Assembly: GCA_964016885.1 (NCBI GenBank)
Contig: OZ024754.1
Location: 44,764,001 to 44,828,000, forward strand
Reading direction: 5' to 3'
DNA: 64,000 nt
Source: Eledone cirrhosa
Lineage: Eukaryota
The stretch's first letter is position 1. Each line of letters starts with the position of its first letter. Position numbers and translations under genes: made by a program. Below the pieces are notes generated by a model. It saw only the letters and a list, made by a program, of their open reading frames with translations, did not search any database and was not told the origin of the DNA. This document shows positions 29,032-42,616 of the stretch, piece by piece.

Positions 29032-30378
29032 ATGGCTGCTTTTAACTGTTATCTGATAGTCCTGTTGATTTGTATTAATAGTAGTGTTGGTAGAAATACC
29101 AGTAATAGTCGTGGTGGTGGTGGTAGTAGTAGTAGTGGTGGTGGTGGTGGTGGTGGTAGTAGTAGTGGTGGTGGTGGTGGTGGTGGTAGTAGTAGTGGTG
29201 GTGGTGGTGGTGGTGGTAGTAGTAGTGGTGGTGGCAGTGGTGCTGGTAGTAGTAGATATAGTGGTGGTGGCGGTGGTGGTGGTGGTGGTGGTGGTGGTGG
29301 TGGCGGTGGTGGTGGTAGTAGATATAGTGGTGGTGGCAGTGGTGGTGGTGGCGGTGGTGGTGGTAGTAGTAGTGGTGGTGGCAGTGGTGCTGGTAGTAGT
29401 AGCTATAGTGGTGGTGGCAGTGGTGGTGGTGGTGGCAGTGGTGGTGGTGGCGGTGGTGGTGGTAGTAGTAGTGGTGGTGGCAGTGGTGGTGGTAGTAGTA
29501 GTAGTGGTGGTGGTGGTGGTGGTGGTGGTGGTGGTGGTGGTGGTGGTGGTGGTGGTGGTGGTGGTAGTAGTGGTGGTGGCAGTGGTGCTGGTAGTAGTAG
29601 ATATAGTGGTGGTGGCGGTGGTGGTGGTGGTGGTGGTGGTGGTGGTGGTGGCGGTGGTGGTGGTATTAGATATAGTGGTGGTGGCAGTGGTGGTGGTGGC
29701 GGTGGTGGTGGTAGTAATAGTGGTGGTGGCAGTGGTGCTGGTAGTAGTAGCTATAGTGGTGGTGACAGTGGTGGTGGTGGTGGTGGTGGTGGTGATAGTA
29801 GTAGTCGTGGTGGCAGTGGTGCTGGTAGTAGTAGTGGTGGTGGCAGTGGTGCTGGTAGTAGTAGATATAGTGGTGGTGGTGGTGGTGGTGGTGGTGGTAG
29901 TAGTAGTGGTGGTGGCAGTGGTGCTGGTAGTAATAGCTATAGTGGTGGTGGCAGTGGTGGTGGTGGTGGAGGTGGTGGTGGTGGCGGTGGTGGTGGTAGT
30001 AGTAGTGGTGGTGGCAGTGGTGCTGGTAGTAGTAGCTATAGTGGTGGTGGCAGTGGTGGTGGTGGTGGAGGTGGTGGCGGTGGTGGTGGTAGTAGTAGTG
30101 GTGGTGGCAGTGGTGCTGGTAGTAATAGCTATAGTGGTGGTGGCAGTGGTGATGGTGGTGGTGGTGGTGATAGTAGTAGTGGTGGTGGCAGTGGTGCTGG
30201 TAGTAGTAGCTATAGTGGTCGTGGCAGTGGTGATGGTGGTGGTGGTAGTAGTAGTGGTGGTGGCAGTGGTGCTGGTAGTAATAGCTATAGTGGTGGTGGC
30301 AGTGGTGATGGTGGTGGTGGTAGTAGCTCAACTTTTTCCTTGGCTCAGCTTCTGAGCCACTCTATAGTTCATCATTGA
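29032..30378 (+). repeat. GGT/AGT higher-order repeat with an open Gly/Ser/Tyr-rich frame (coding status unproven)
   Basis: Recurring GGTGGCAGTGGTGCTGGTAGTAGTAG(A/C)TATAGT unit; 448-codon ORF with a hydrophobic N-terminus. Confidence 0.6.
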
Positions 30379-30763
30379 CTCAACTTCCTCATTGGCTCAA
30401 ATCACTCCTTAGTTTCCACCTCATTTTTAGCTTCTATGCTTTCCTTTGATGAACTCTCTCTCACCTTTTCCCTCGTTGGTTGGGTTCTCTCCCTTGTTTC
30501 AGTTCCAGTCTGTCATCACAAATCAATGAAGAATAGTAAAGTACAAAAGTACAGGATTAGAATTAAACCGCTGCTCGTTTCAACAATAATTTGCAGTCCA
30601 ATTATTATTTTAAGAACCTGAGTCACACGGCCAACAGACGAGAAAATTTAAGGTTTTGTGGCGGCCAAATATTCATTGTATCATTTTAAAACGAAACATA
30701 GTTTTATATTGAGGGCGCACCGTATATATATATATATATATATATACATACATACATACACAT

Positions 30764-30824
<61 letters not shown>

Positions 30825-31401
30825 ATGGAAAAATTTGAACAGGAATAAAACAGAGAGGCAGTACAACGAATGTTTATTAATTGCACGCTCTGGAGAGTGG
30901 GGTGGTGGTATATGTATATAAAACTGGTTGTCATCAGGACGATACCTCGTGGGCGGGAGAGTTCTGATGGGAACCAGTTAAGTTCGAAATGCATCAACGA
31001 TTGTCCCCCCTTGCTTCTGCTGGACACCACCAGAGGGCGTTAGTCCCGGTGTTTTGCATAGCTACGGCTCTCTAAATGTTTACCTGCTAACATACCGTAT
31101 TTCTTCAGAAATACGATATTCTAACACATATCTGCATACAACTATGCATGAAGCTATATCCTAATTATATTATATTTAATTATATTTATTTATTTATCTT
31201 AACGCAACGGAACGTTGAATTTGCAAGACCTTTGGCTGATATTTCTAGCGGCTTGAGTGACCACATCGAATTTTCTTCAATGACTTCTCCTTATACAACC
31301 TTTTTCATTGGCTCACGGCTTTTCTTTTCTGGATCTTTCCGATTGACTGATCTCAATGGGACCCAAGGTACAACTAGTCGTTCCAGCTTTTCTGGAAAGC
31401 C

Positions 31402-31923
31402 CTAACCTTTTCATGACCACATTTCTAATGAAATACTCTCTATTTTCATTAATTATTTACTGAAAGTTCCTTAAACTCTGAAGAAGGTAATTTTAGGGCC
31501 CGAAATATTAGGACGTAAGAAAGTGCAACAACAAAAAACAAAACTAAGATTACCAGGTAACTTACTTTCATCGTATTTTGTATTGTTTAACCTTGTATCT
31601 CTTTTCACATTAATTATTGAAGAATTTCGAGGGATTTACTAAAATTATTAATTATTTCATTACAAAGATAGTAACTTAATTATTATATAAAACTCCATAT
31701 TTCTCGGCGTTGAAGACGCTACTTTTTCCCTAAATTAAGTCTCAAAAATCTACCACGCGTCCTGGAGGCGAAAGGTTGTTTATTATTTTCTTTCAAATTT
31801 TTGGTCGTCAAAATTCGGCGCCAGGAAATATGGTATGTTGGAAGATTGTAATATATAGTGGGTGGTTTTTGTTTCATAGAACCGGGGAGCCGGTTTTGGC
31901 GAGGTTGATAACTAAAGGGTTAA
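31402..31923. mobile_element. Second piggyBac-like MITE family, with nested inserts (degenerate hammerhead piece about 31469-31520; MITE 31693-31835)
   Basis: TAACCTTTTCAT.. start and ..AAAGGG-TTAA end; related sequence at about 2265-2420 and 44337-44530. Confidence 0.5.
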
Positions 31924-32110
31924 CATAAACTTACGCCTAGCTAGAATTCTTTCTAAGGGAGCAGAACCAATAAAATGAGGTCCAGATGGTGTCAGAGTAC
32001 TTCTATCTTGAAAACGCCTCATCTTTCATTCTTCCATCCAACACAACTCTACCTCAACTCGTATGCCTTCCCAGCCTACCCACGGGTACATAGCGATGGA
32101 GCCTAGACTA

Positions 32111-32173
<63 letters not shown>

Positions 32174-32256
32174 GAGACCTTAAAAACAACCGTTGTTATT
32201 ATCATCACCCTCACTCAACATCACCCCCACCAACAACACCACCACCACCTACAACC

Positions 32257-32290
<34 letters not shown>

Positions 32291-32468
32291 GCAACGAAGT
32301 TTCAAATTACACTGAATAAATCGACCAATCATACGGTAGTTGTTGGATTGTGATGTTTAACATACATACACATACATACATGTATATATATATATATATA
32401 TAATATATATACACACACATATATATATATATACACATATAGTATATACATATATATATACATATATA

Positions 32469-32511
<43 letters not shown>

Positions 32512-32757
32512 TATATGTATATATACATATATAGAGAGAGAGATGTAGATATACATACATATATACATGCATATACATACATACATACATGTATACACAC
32601 ACACATGTATATATATATGTATATATATATATGTGTATATATATACATATATATATATATATATGTATATATATACATATATATATATATATATGTATAT
32701 ATATACATATATATATATATATGTGTATATGTATATATATATATATATGTATATATG

Positions 32758-32790
<33 letters not shown>

Positions 32791-32884
32791 GTGTATATAT
32801 ATATGTATATATATATATATATATGTGTATATATATATGTATATATATATACACACACACACACATATACCCCCCCCCCACACG

Positions 32885-32932
<48 letters not shown>

Positions 32933-33336
32933 TTAGTGTGTGCGCATGCGCCAAAGTATTTGTTATGTTTTAGTGAAGCGGAAAAAGGCAAGAGATAAGT
33001 TTCAAGTTGGATGGTTATGGCGGTGCAGAGCCCATTGAAGCAGACATCGGTAATTAGTAGGAGAGGAAGACCAGTTCACTTGCCTTCTGCAACATTACAC
33101 TTACTTGTCAGAATGTGCAATAATGTGCAGTATACTTGGCACCGCACTTTTTCATTGGTCTACTGGTATATATATATATATATGTATGTATGTTATATGT
33201 ATGTCTATGTATATATATATGTGTGTATGTATGTATGTATGTATGTATGTATGTCTATGTATATATATGATATATGTGTGTTTGTATGTATGTATGTATA
33301 TGTATATATATATATATGTGTGTGTGTATATACGCT

Positions 33337-33367
<31 letters not shown>

Positions 33368-33388
33368 CTCTCGCGCTCCATCTCTCTC

Positions 33389-33419
<31 letters not shown>

Positions 33420-33463
33420 GTATACGTTCGTGTGTCTGTATATATATACATGTATACATATAT

Positions 33464-33504
<41 letters not shown>

Positions 33505-33630
33505 CATACACACATACATAAATATATGTAAATGTACGTATATGTATAGTATAAGCATATATTCATACGTATATAATTGCATATATATCCATAGCTGTAC
33601 GTATACACACATGTATACACACACATGTAT

Positions 33631-33687
<57 letters not shown>

Positions 33688-33725
33688 TCGCAGCAATATT
33701 TGTAAGCGTATGTCCATGCTAAATG

Positions 33726-33848
<123 letters not shown>

Positions 33849-34082
33849 GTGTGTGTTTGTGTAAGTTTGTGTATGCTGATGTGTATATTTATGTATGTGC
33901 ATTTATATCCGCATGCATCTATACACATAACCGTGTATGTTTTCAAGCATTCGCTTGTATATATGTATGTATGTGTGTATATATGTGTGTTTGTGTGTAT
34001 ATATGTGTATTTGAGTTCATATATGCTATATAGGCTTGATTGAATGTGTATTCGGACGAATATGTGTATGGATTTGAATGAA

Positions 34083-34160
<78 letters not shown>

Positions 34161-34346
34161 ATACATACGTTTTTGTGTGTTTTTTTGAGGTCGTATGTAT
34201 ATGTATGTGTAAGTATATGTATAATTATGTTTACTGGTATAGGTTTATATGCGTACAACTGAATGTATATGTGTATGTATGTATGTATGTATGTATGTAC
34301 TTATGTGCAAATAACTACGTATAAGTATTCATACACAGACACACAT

Positions 34347-34546
34347 NNNNNNNNNNNNNNNNNNNNNNNNNNNNNNNNNNNNNNNNNNNNNNNNNNNNNN
34401 NNNNNNNNNNNNNNNNNNNNNNNNNNNNNNNNNNNNNNNNNNNNNNNNNNNNNNNNNNNNNNNNNNNNNNNNNNNNNNNNNNNNNNNNNNNNNNNNNNNN
34501 NNNNNNNNNNNNNNNNNNNNNNNNNNNNNNNNNNNNNNNNNNNNNN
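34347..34546. other. Assembly gap (200 N)
   Basis: Run of N. Confidence 1.
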
Positions 34547-35530
34547 AAAACCAGGGAGCGTCTTATACAAAGGGCCAGCAAATACAGTAATTGGGGCTCT
34601 CCGAAATCATGGGAATGTTCAAACATCTAAATTGGCCCAATACGTACAGGTGATAGGAACAAAGGTAAACTGGAACAAACATCGGTAGATTTACACCAAA
34701 TCCTTGAAAGGTTCGTTTCAATTACAATTTAGTTACGTTCCCTTCGCATTCTAAATGCCATCTTTACAGTGTTGATAAAATAAAGTACCAGCTATATAAT
34801 GAGGTAGGATGAATTGCTTGTGACCTCACACAATTTAGCAATGCTGGAAATCAATATTTCATTATTACTGAACAGACACAATGCCTGGCGGTGCTTATAC
34901 GTTCATGTGTGTGTGTGTGTATGTATATATATATATATGTGTGTGTGTGTATATATATATATTGTGGTGTGCGTGTGTGTAGGTGTGTGTGTGTGTGTGT
35001 GTGTCAATGTGTGTATTTGTGTTTGTGTGTGTGTTTGTGTGTGTGTCTGTGTATTTAATTTCAGTGTATTATAGCATATTTATCGTCTACAAACATATTT
35101 AGTCTCGCTGTAACCGAATTTGGAAGAGAAGTCCCAAGTTAAAAAGGAGACACGTGATCAACATTTCAATGATAGCGTTCTTCCTATTGTTGCTGTTGAC
35201 TATCTCTAACTCTTATATACCGAAGTCTTCTTCCCTGTCTTCTCTAGTCTACAGGAAGAGATGTTATAAACTTCAGTTCAAGTAGTGATGCTGCCGTCGG
35301 GGATGGGAGCAACTCAGACAAAACAAAGAACGATAATTTCGCAAAACAAAGAGTTCGCATATATATAAATAATTCTTTCTAACGCAGCGCCTTCTTCATA
35401 GAAGACAGTATGATGTGATTTGATGGTGTGGGGCTATGTTTCTCGCAATCGCGTGTCCACATAGTGGCTCGTCATCGTGGAGCTGGTGGAAATGGTGGTG
35501 GTGGTGGTGGTGGTGGTGGTGTTGATAGTA

Positions 35531-35568
<38 letters not shown>

Positions 35569-37696
35569 CGTCAGTAGTAGTAGTTGTAGTAGTGCTGGTG
35601 GTAGTGGTGATTGTATTGGTGGTGGTGGTGTTGTTGTTGTTCTGGTGATAGTGTTGGTGATTCCATGATGACCGTGTGTTTGGTTTGTTTGTTTGTTTGT
35701 TTTGTTTGGTTTGTTTCTAATGTTTTTGTCTGCCTGGCTTCTAAATAGTACACCGACTGATATAATATACTTATTGACCGCGCCTGCGCACACGTCTCTT
35801 GTACCCCTCATGCACGCATGCACGAACGAACGCACGCACATAGGCTGCTAGTTATTCCACCTCTTTCTCTCCCCGCTCTTTCTCTCTCTCAAACTCCCTC
35901 TCACTCTTACTCTCTCTCTCACCCCCTCTCCCTCTGAACCTCTCTTTCTTTTTCTCTCTATCACCTACCTACAATTCTCGCCAGACAACAAGCCAATCAG
36001 AGGCAACAAGGCAAGCAATCAATTTATTTATTACAAATTCATAAGTGTTTCACGCATACATAACAGCAGTCACCGTCACTCACATTTCTTCTTTCTCTCT
36101 CTCAATTCTAGTTTCACTTTCGTTCTTTCTATCAATTCTAGTTTCACTTTCGTTTCTCTCTTTCCCAACTTTTGTGTTCGTATTTCTTTTCTTTTGTTTT
36201 TCTTCTCTCTGCATCACGTAAAAGTTCTCCATTCCTCTTTCCTTCATTCCTTCGTTTCCTTTCTTTTACGCTCAAATTCTTTCTTTTCGCTTCACTTCTG
36301 TCCACCCCTCCCTTCTATTTGTGTTTAAATTACTTTCCCTTCATTTTACTTGTTGTTTGTTTGTTCATTATTTCTCTAGTTTGTTTTAGTCATCACATAC
36401 TGGTGCTCTGCTTTCAGAATTCACTGTTTTTATCCATTTATTTTTTTCTTTGTTTTCCCCGTTTGTGTCTCTACCGTTCATTATTACACAGTCAGCATAT
36501 TCATGTATTTATTTATTTATTTATTCATGTATTTATTTATTTACTTATTTATTTAGTTATTTATTTATTCATTTATTTATTTATTTATGTTCCAATTTCA
36601 TTTCATCTTTCTTTCTATCGTATTTTCTTTATCCTTATTTTTTCTCTTTATTCTTTTACTTGTTTCCCATTCATGATTTTATGTTTTCATTCCCAACTTA
36701 GTTTTTCCTTCTTTCTTCCCTTCATTCATTCATCATTTCCTCTGTCTTTCCCTTTTATTTTTCTTTCTTTGTATCTTCTTCCTTTCCCCTCGTTATTTCT
36801 TTCATTATCCACCAATTTATTTCATTTTTATCTTATTCCGCTCCTTCGCAATCCCATCCAATAAACTCCAACCTGGTTGCTTTAATGTAGATGGCGGCGA
36901 ATTGCCAGGGGTTGTGGGAATGTCAGATAGATGGCCTTACAGTATTTCTTCCAGCGTTCCATTCTCTGAGCTCAAATCTGCCGAGGTCAATTATACATCA
37001 CCTTGTATATATCACCTTGTCCAAACCGGGTCCTAGATGATACAAGGTAGACGATATTACTTAGGCAGCGGTCATCATGGGACCACTGGTGGGTCGGAGA
37101 GAAAATTTTGGTGGTCCACAGAAAAGATTGGACATTATTTGCAATTTTTATGTTTTATTAATAATAAAACAAGAATAATATTCGGTTAAAATATATTTTA
37201 TATCACACCTAAAGATCTTTTAATAGATGGATTATATATTAATAAAATGGAAGTTCCCCTGATCATGATTTTAAAAATATATTTATATATTTTTTAAAAT
37301 TCATATTAGAGGTTCGCGGGATTTAAAATTCTGAATTTAGTGGTAAATATGTGCTGATCCTAGGAGGTTGATTCGCGGTCTGTTTGTTTAAAATACCTTC
37401 TCAGGTTTAGTGATGGCGAACCCAAAGCTCTTATGAGTATTAGAATAACATTGATGTTGTTAGGTGGACTTCGTGCAATACCTTCTTCAAGTTAGTGTAT
37501 GTTGTTATTTTTATCAATTTCAGCATCACAATCTCCATCGTAATCCTTATTATAACTCTCTACCTCCCCCACTTTCTCACCCTCCTCATCATCATTACCA
37601 TCATCATTACCATCATCATCATCATCACCATCACCATCATCATCATTTCATCATTTCATCCTCCTTATATTTATCCTCCTCATCAATATTCGACAG

Positions 37697-37992
37697 GTTT
37701 GGTTCCAGAACCGAAGAGCGAAATATCGTAAGCAGGAGAAACAGCTAGCGAAATCTTTGTCGCCTGTTATCCCAGCATGTAATGGTATGATGCGGAATAT
37801 TTACCCGACCTCCACTCGAACTTACGCCTACCCCACACCATCAAGTGTTAACACAATGACACGTTACCTCAGATGAACACGGCTTACCCTCCTGTCGCTC
37901 AGTTCTCACCCATGAGCAGTATGCAAACCACCAACATGACCACAGTTCCAAGACAAGTCCAACAGTTCCCAATGGCGTCCGACTATAATCTG
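37697..37992 (+). CDS. Prop1: Prop/Prop1-like PRD-class homeobox gene, penultimate exon (helix 3 and C-terminal region), apparent 1-bp frameshift at about 37868
   Basis: cag|VWFQNRRAKYRKQEKQLAKSLSPVIPACNGMMRNIYPT..NTMTRY/[P]QMNTAYPPVAQFSPM..ASDYNL|gtaaga; canonical PRD phase-0 intron before V47; RRAKYRKQEKQL and CNG.MMRNI resemble invertebrate Prop as I recall it. Confidence 0.85.
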
Positions 37993-38211
37993 GTAAGAAT
38001 TCATATATTTCTCTCTCTCTCTCCCTCTCTATCTCTTTATACACACACACACACATATATGTATATATATATATTTATATATATACACATATACATATAC
38101 ATATATATGTGTGTGCGCGTGTGTGTGTGTCTTTGTGTAAATGTGTGTGTATGTATATATAGATGGAGAGATAGTTAAATATATAGTTAGATGGATGGAT
38201 ACATACATAGA

Positions 38212-38289
<78 letters not shown>

Positions 38290-38413
38290 ATGTTGTTAAC
38301 GGCCGAGAGAAAAGATTACTCAATACTGAAATGTTGATACTCTGAGTCTTGTTACTCTGGCGTTTCGCTTGATTCTACCTATCTACCTACCTATCTATCT
38401 ATCTACCTATCTA

Positions 38414-38447
<34 letters not shown>

Positions 38448-38452
38448 CCTAC

Positions 38453-38502
<50 letters not shown>

Positions 38503-38798
38503 CTCTCTCTCTCTATATATATATATAGTATATATATATATATATATATATTATGCGTGTGTGTGTAAACCAGACGTGTCTGTGATTTTATGAAATATAT
38601 TTCTTTAATTAGCTGATGTATTCCTAGTTAAAATTTGTACATTGCTGTGTCTGTACTGGTTGTGATATGTGATAGATGTATGTTTATGTGCACGTATATG
38701 TGTATGAAGTGTTTGTGTGCGTGTACGTGTCTTTGTGTGTGTTTTTAAAATATATGTTTGAAGCACTAATTCGGGAATGAATATCAGCCAAGATTTAA

Positions 38799-39011
38799 CC
38801 CTTTAGCATTTACATAATTCTATATTTATTATTGTATTTTTACGGTAAACACTTTACCTCACATAATTATCTCACTTAATATCTAAGAAATTTTGATATT
38901 ACTTATTTTGAGAATACATTAACATAAGTATGAGCAGTCGGTTATGGCTGGTTCAAACAGAAAGAGGTGATAGAATTCTGGTCGGATATGGCCAATTTAA
39001 ATGCTAAAGGG
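38799..39011. mobile_element. piggyBac-like MITE in the last Prop intron
   Basis: TTAA-CCCTTTAGCATT ... AATGCTAAAGGG-TTAA perfect TIRs. Confidence 0.85.
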
Positions 39012-39840
39012 TTAATATTTCATGAGGTAGGCAACTGTAGTGTGGACATGTAAATTCATCGATTGCTCTGCTTAGTGTATTGAGATTTATTACCAGTTAT
39101 TGACAGTATAGTAGTTGTATCAAACATATTTTGAATTACAACACTATGTGAGACAATATTCTCGTCAAATTTCCACATTTTTCTTTCGTAGATTCTATCT
39201 TTTACTTGTTTTGATTTTCTGTTTTTTTTTGTTTTTTTTTTACATTTAAAAAATTTTTTTTTCACATTTTAAAAGTCATTCCTTAACGTTTAAAATGTAT
39301 TATTTCACATTTAAAAATATCTTTTCTCATTTTAAAAATTATTCTTTCACATTTAAACAAATTTTTTTTCTCATTTTATAAATTATTATTTCACATTTTA
39401 AAAATTATTCTTTCACATTTTAAAAATTATTCTATCACATTTAAACAAATATTTTTTTGCCTCGTTGTACAAATTATTTCTTTAACAATTTAAAAATTAT
39501 TCGACATTTCAAAAATTATTCCTGAACAGTTTAAAAACTATTCTTCAGCATTTAAAAAAATTATTCTTTAGTAATTAAAAAATGTTTCTTGAAAATTTTA
39601 GACAATATCCTTTCACATTTACATTTCATAACACATTTGTTATCAGTCTTTCCTTCATTCTGCCACACTTTCCTCTTTTTCCTCTTTATCTTTCCTTCGT
39701 TATCCTTTTCTGTTATTTACAACGTACTTATGTCTATATTTAGAAGTAAAGTAGCAATGGTTTTACAATATATATATATATAAATTTCTATTTATCTATC
39801 TATCTGCCTGCCTGACTATCCATCTATATATACACAATAC

Positions 39841-39918
<78 letters not shown>

Positions 39919-39986
39919 ATCTATGTATCTATTCATCTATCCATCTATCTATCTATCTATCTATCTATCTAATCTATATCTATATC

Positions 39987-40020
<34 letters not shown>

Positions 40021-40057
40021 ATATTGTTTCTAATAATATTTCTCTGTGTGAGTCTTT

Positions 40058-40093
<36 letters not shown>

Positions 40094-40097
40094 TTTG

Positions 40098-40144
<47 letters not shown>

Positions 40145-40148
40145 AAAT

Positions 40149-40180
<32 letters not shown>

Positions 40181-40391
40181 ATACACATCCACAAAGACTC
40201 ACACAGAGAAATATTATTAGAAACAATAGAAATATCAATATTGTTGTTGTTGTTATTATTATGATCATTACAATTGTTGTTATTGTTGTAATTATTGTTA
40301 TTATAATTATTATAATTGTTTGATATTATTTTTATTATTAAATTTTCTCATTCCATTTCGTTTCGCTTCATTTTAGTACGTTTCGTTTCAG

Positions 40392-40493
40392 GAGAACCAT
40401 GAAGATGATTGGTACAACAAAAGTCTGACTGCACTGCGCATGAACAACACGCACCCAAGTTTGTCGAACCCAGTACTTCAATACCAAGCCTAG
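40392..40493 (+). CDS. Prop1: Prop/Prop1-like gene, terminal coding exon
   Basis: Pyrimidine tract tttcgtttcag|ENHEDDWYNKSLTALRMNNTHPSLSNPVLQYQA*; phase 0 matches the donor at 37993; the DWYNKSL.ALRM..LQYQ end resembles invertebrate Prop. Confidence 0.8.
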   Translation, partial: ENHEDDWYNKSLTALRMNNTHPSLSNPVLQYQA

Positions 40494-40537
40494 ACATACA
40501 CAAAATATATAAAGACACAGACACATTCATATATACT

Positions 40538-40593
<56 letters not shown>

Positions 40594-40838
40594 CTCTCTG
40601 TCTCTCTCTCTTTCTCTCTGTTTTCCTATCCCAACGCTCGTGTGTTCGCTTCACCTGCTACATCGGACAGACACTCCAACGCCCTTTCACTAAACTCATT
40701 TCAAATATTTTTTTTTCATTTTTAAAGTTTTGCATTACACTATGAGTCAATAAGACCAAAGTAAATAAGGAAAAAAAAACAAACAATGATAATAATAATG
40801 ATTTCATTTATTGGTCACAAGGGCCGACATGTAGGGGA

Positions 40839-41068
40839 ATAAACACAGACAAATACATAGACCAAACCCCAGGACTTACAAATATATACAACATACAAAA
40901 GATAGCATTACTTGGCACTGCACATATATTACAAAGTGTACTCTTATTGCATTAGAAACACCACCACCGCCAACTACACTGCACATACCCAAGACACACA
41001 GAGCTGTGCTCGGTAAAACAGTAATGATGCGCAATACAAATAATGGTGGAAATAATAACAATAATAAT
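40839..41068 (+). mobile_element. R4/Dong-type LINE 3' fragment
   Basis: NIQKIALLGTAHILQSVL motif; 3' UTR shared with 45590-45700; ends in (TAA)n. Confidence 0.75.
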
Positions 41069-41395
41069 GATCTAGAATATTGTTTCTTTGGAACCCAAGG
41101 CATACATTTTATACACAAATCTGTCATCGAAATAAATTCTCCCCCCAAAACATCGTCAATCCACAATGGCCGCTTAAACTTATAATTTGCTGACTCTTGA
41201 GGTTTCTGGTTGAGACTTGCAGTCGTAAGAAAACCCATAGCGAGATCCAAACATCAAAATGACAATAATAATAATAATGATTTCATTTATTGGCTACAAG
41301 GGCCGACATATCGGGACACAATACAAAGACAGGGACAAAAGCTTGCTGGGTCTTGGGGGCAGCACCTACAAACAAAAGCTAAGGAAAACCTGTAA

Positions 41396-41624
41396 TAATT
41401 GTTTATACTTTAGGCACAAAGCCAGCAATTTTGAGGAGACGGGATAGTCGATTAAATCGACACCAGTGCATCACTGGTACTTTTTTTATCGACCCCCACC
41501 TCTCCGTAAGAATGAAAGGTGAAGCTAACTTCGGCGGGATTTGAAATCAGAACGTAAAGAGCCATAACTCTATGCCGCGAAGCATGGTATTCGACGCTCT
41601 ATCGATGCTACCAATCCACCACCC
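41396..41624 (-). mobile_element. SINE family A, full length
   Basis: Reverse-complement head, body and tail. Confidence 0.9.
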
Positions 41625-41943
41625 TTGTAACGATAATAATAATAATAATAACAATAATAATGATAACTTCCTATAACGACATATGGAGGGGGCGACGATA
41701 CAAAGACAGTGACAGGGGGGGGGGGGGGGGGTTACAATAAAATTGAATGAAATTACACAGCAACAAAAACATTTAACAATGAAAGAATATAAAAATAAAA
41801 TAAATATAATAAAATAAATATAATGAGTTTTACTATTCCCACAAAAAAACGGTAGAAAGAAAATGACGGAGAAGAAGAAATAAAATTCCCGAATGAATCT
41901 GGGACCCTCTCAATCATACATCGCATTGAAATATAGATCGATA

Positions 41944-42033
<90 letters not shown>

Positions 42034-42112
42034 AGAAATAGAGATATTATGACAATGAGAAAGAAAATTGTTTCTTTAGAAAATTGTTTATATGTACATA
42101 CACACAAACACA

Positions 42113-42212
<100 letters not shown>

Positions 42213-42252
42213 CGAAACATAAGTCAATTGCATGAACTCATAATCCTTTATT

Positions 42253-42310
42253 TACTGGTATATATATTTCGATGATAGCCATTGAATGGCTATGACCTCA
42301 TCAGGCAGTT
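42253..42310 (-). ncRNA. Type I minimal hammerhead ribozyme (one mismatch at the base of stem I)
   Basis: Minus strand: ACUGC-CUGAUGA-GGUCAUAGCCA-UUCAA-UGGCUAUCAUC-GAA-AUAUAUAU-A|CCAGU. Confidence 0.7.
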
Positions 42311-42384
42311 AGTCAGTTCTTAGATATGCCAGCTCTGTGTTTATAGTGTTGATGGTATCAGAGTCTTGGGACATATATATATAC

Positions 42385-42414
<30 letters not shown>

Positions 42415-42417
<3 letters not shown>

Positions 42418-42616
42418 AAGAAGGGAGTGTGGTAAGGAACCAGGTGGACCATAACGTACCAGAGTACTCGATATTATGGGTAGTAGAGTGGGTAATAGGA
42501 AAAGAGTCAGGACCCCGGCGGCTGAGCTCCGGCCGTTTCGACAGCTATTTCTGCGTTCAGAAATAGCTGTCGAAACGGCCGGAGCTCAGCCGTCGGGGTC
42601 CTGATTCTTTTCCTAT
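42415..42616 (-). mobile_element. Fold-back element family P1
   Basis: Arms 42495-42553 and 42558-42616, in (TA)n. Confidence 0.85.

Noticed and set aside
30922-30980. CTGATGA-containing hairpin as a ribozyme
   Set aside because: No properly placed GAAA or stem III; the adjacent sequence is a dispersed repeat also seen at 16105-16190
35254-35385. Possible upstream Prop exon (RDVINFSSSSDAAVGDGSNSDK..)
   Set aside because: Acceptor-like site but no good donor, runs into a stop, and no homeobox exon lies between it and 37697
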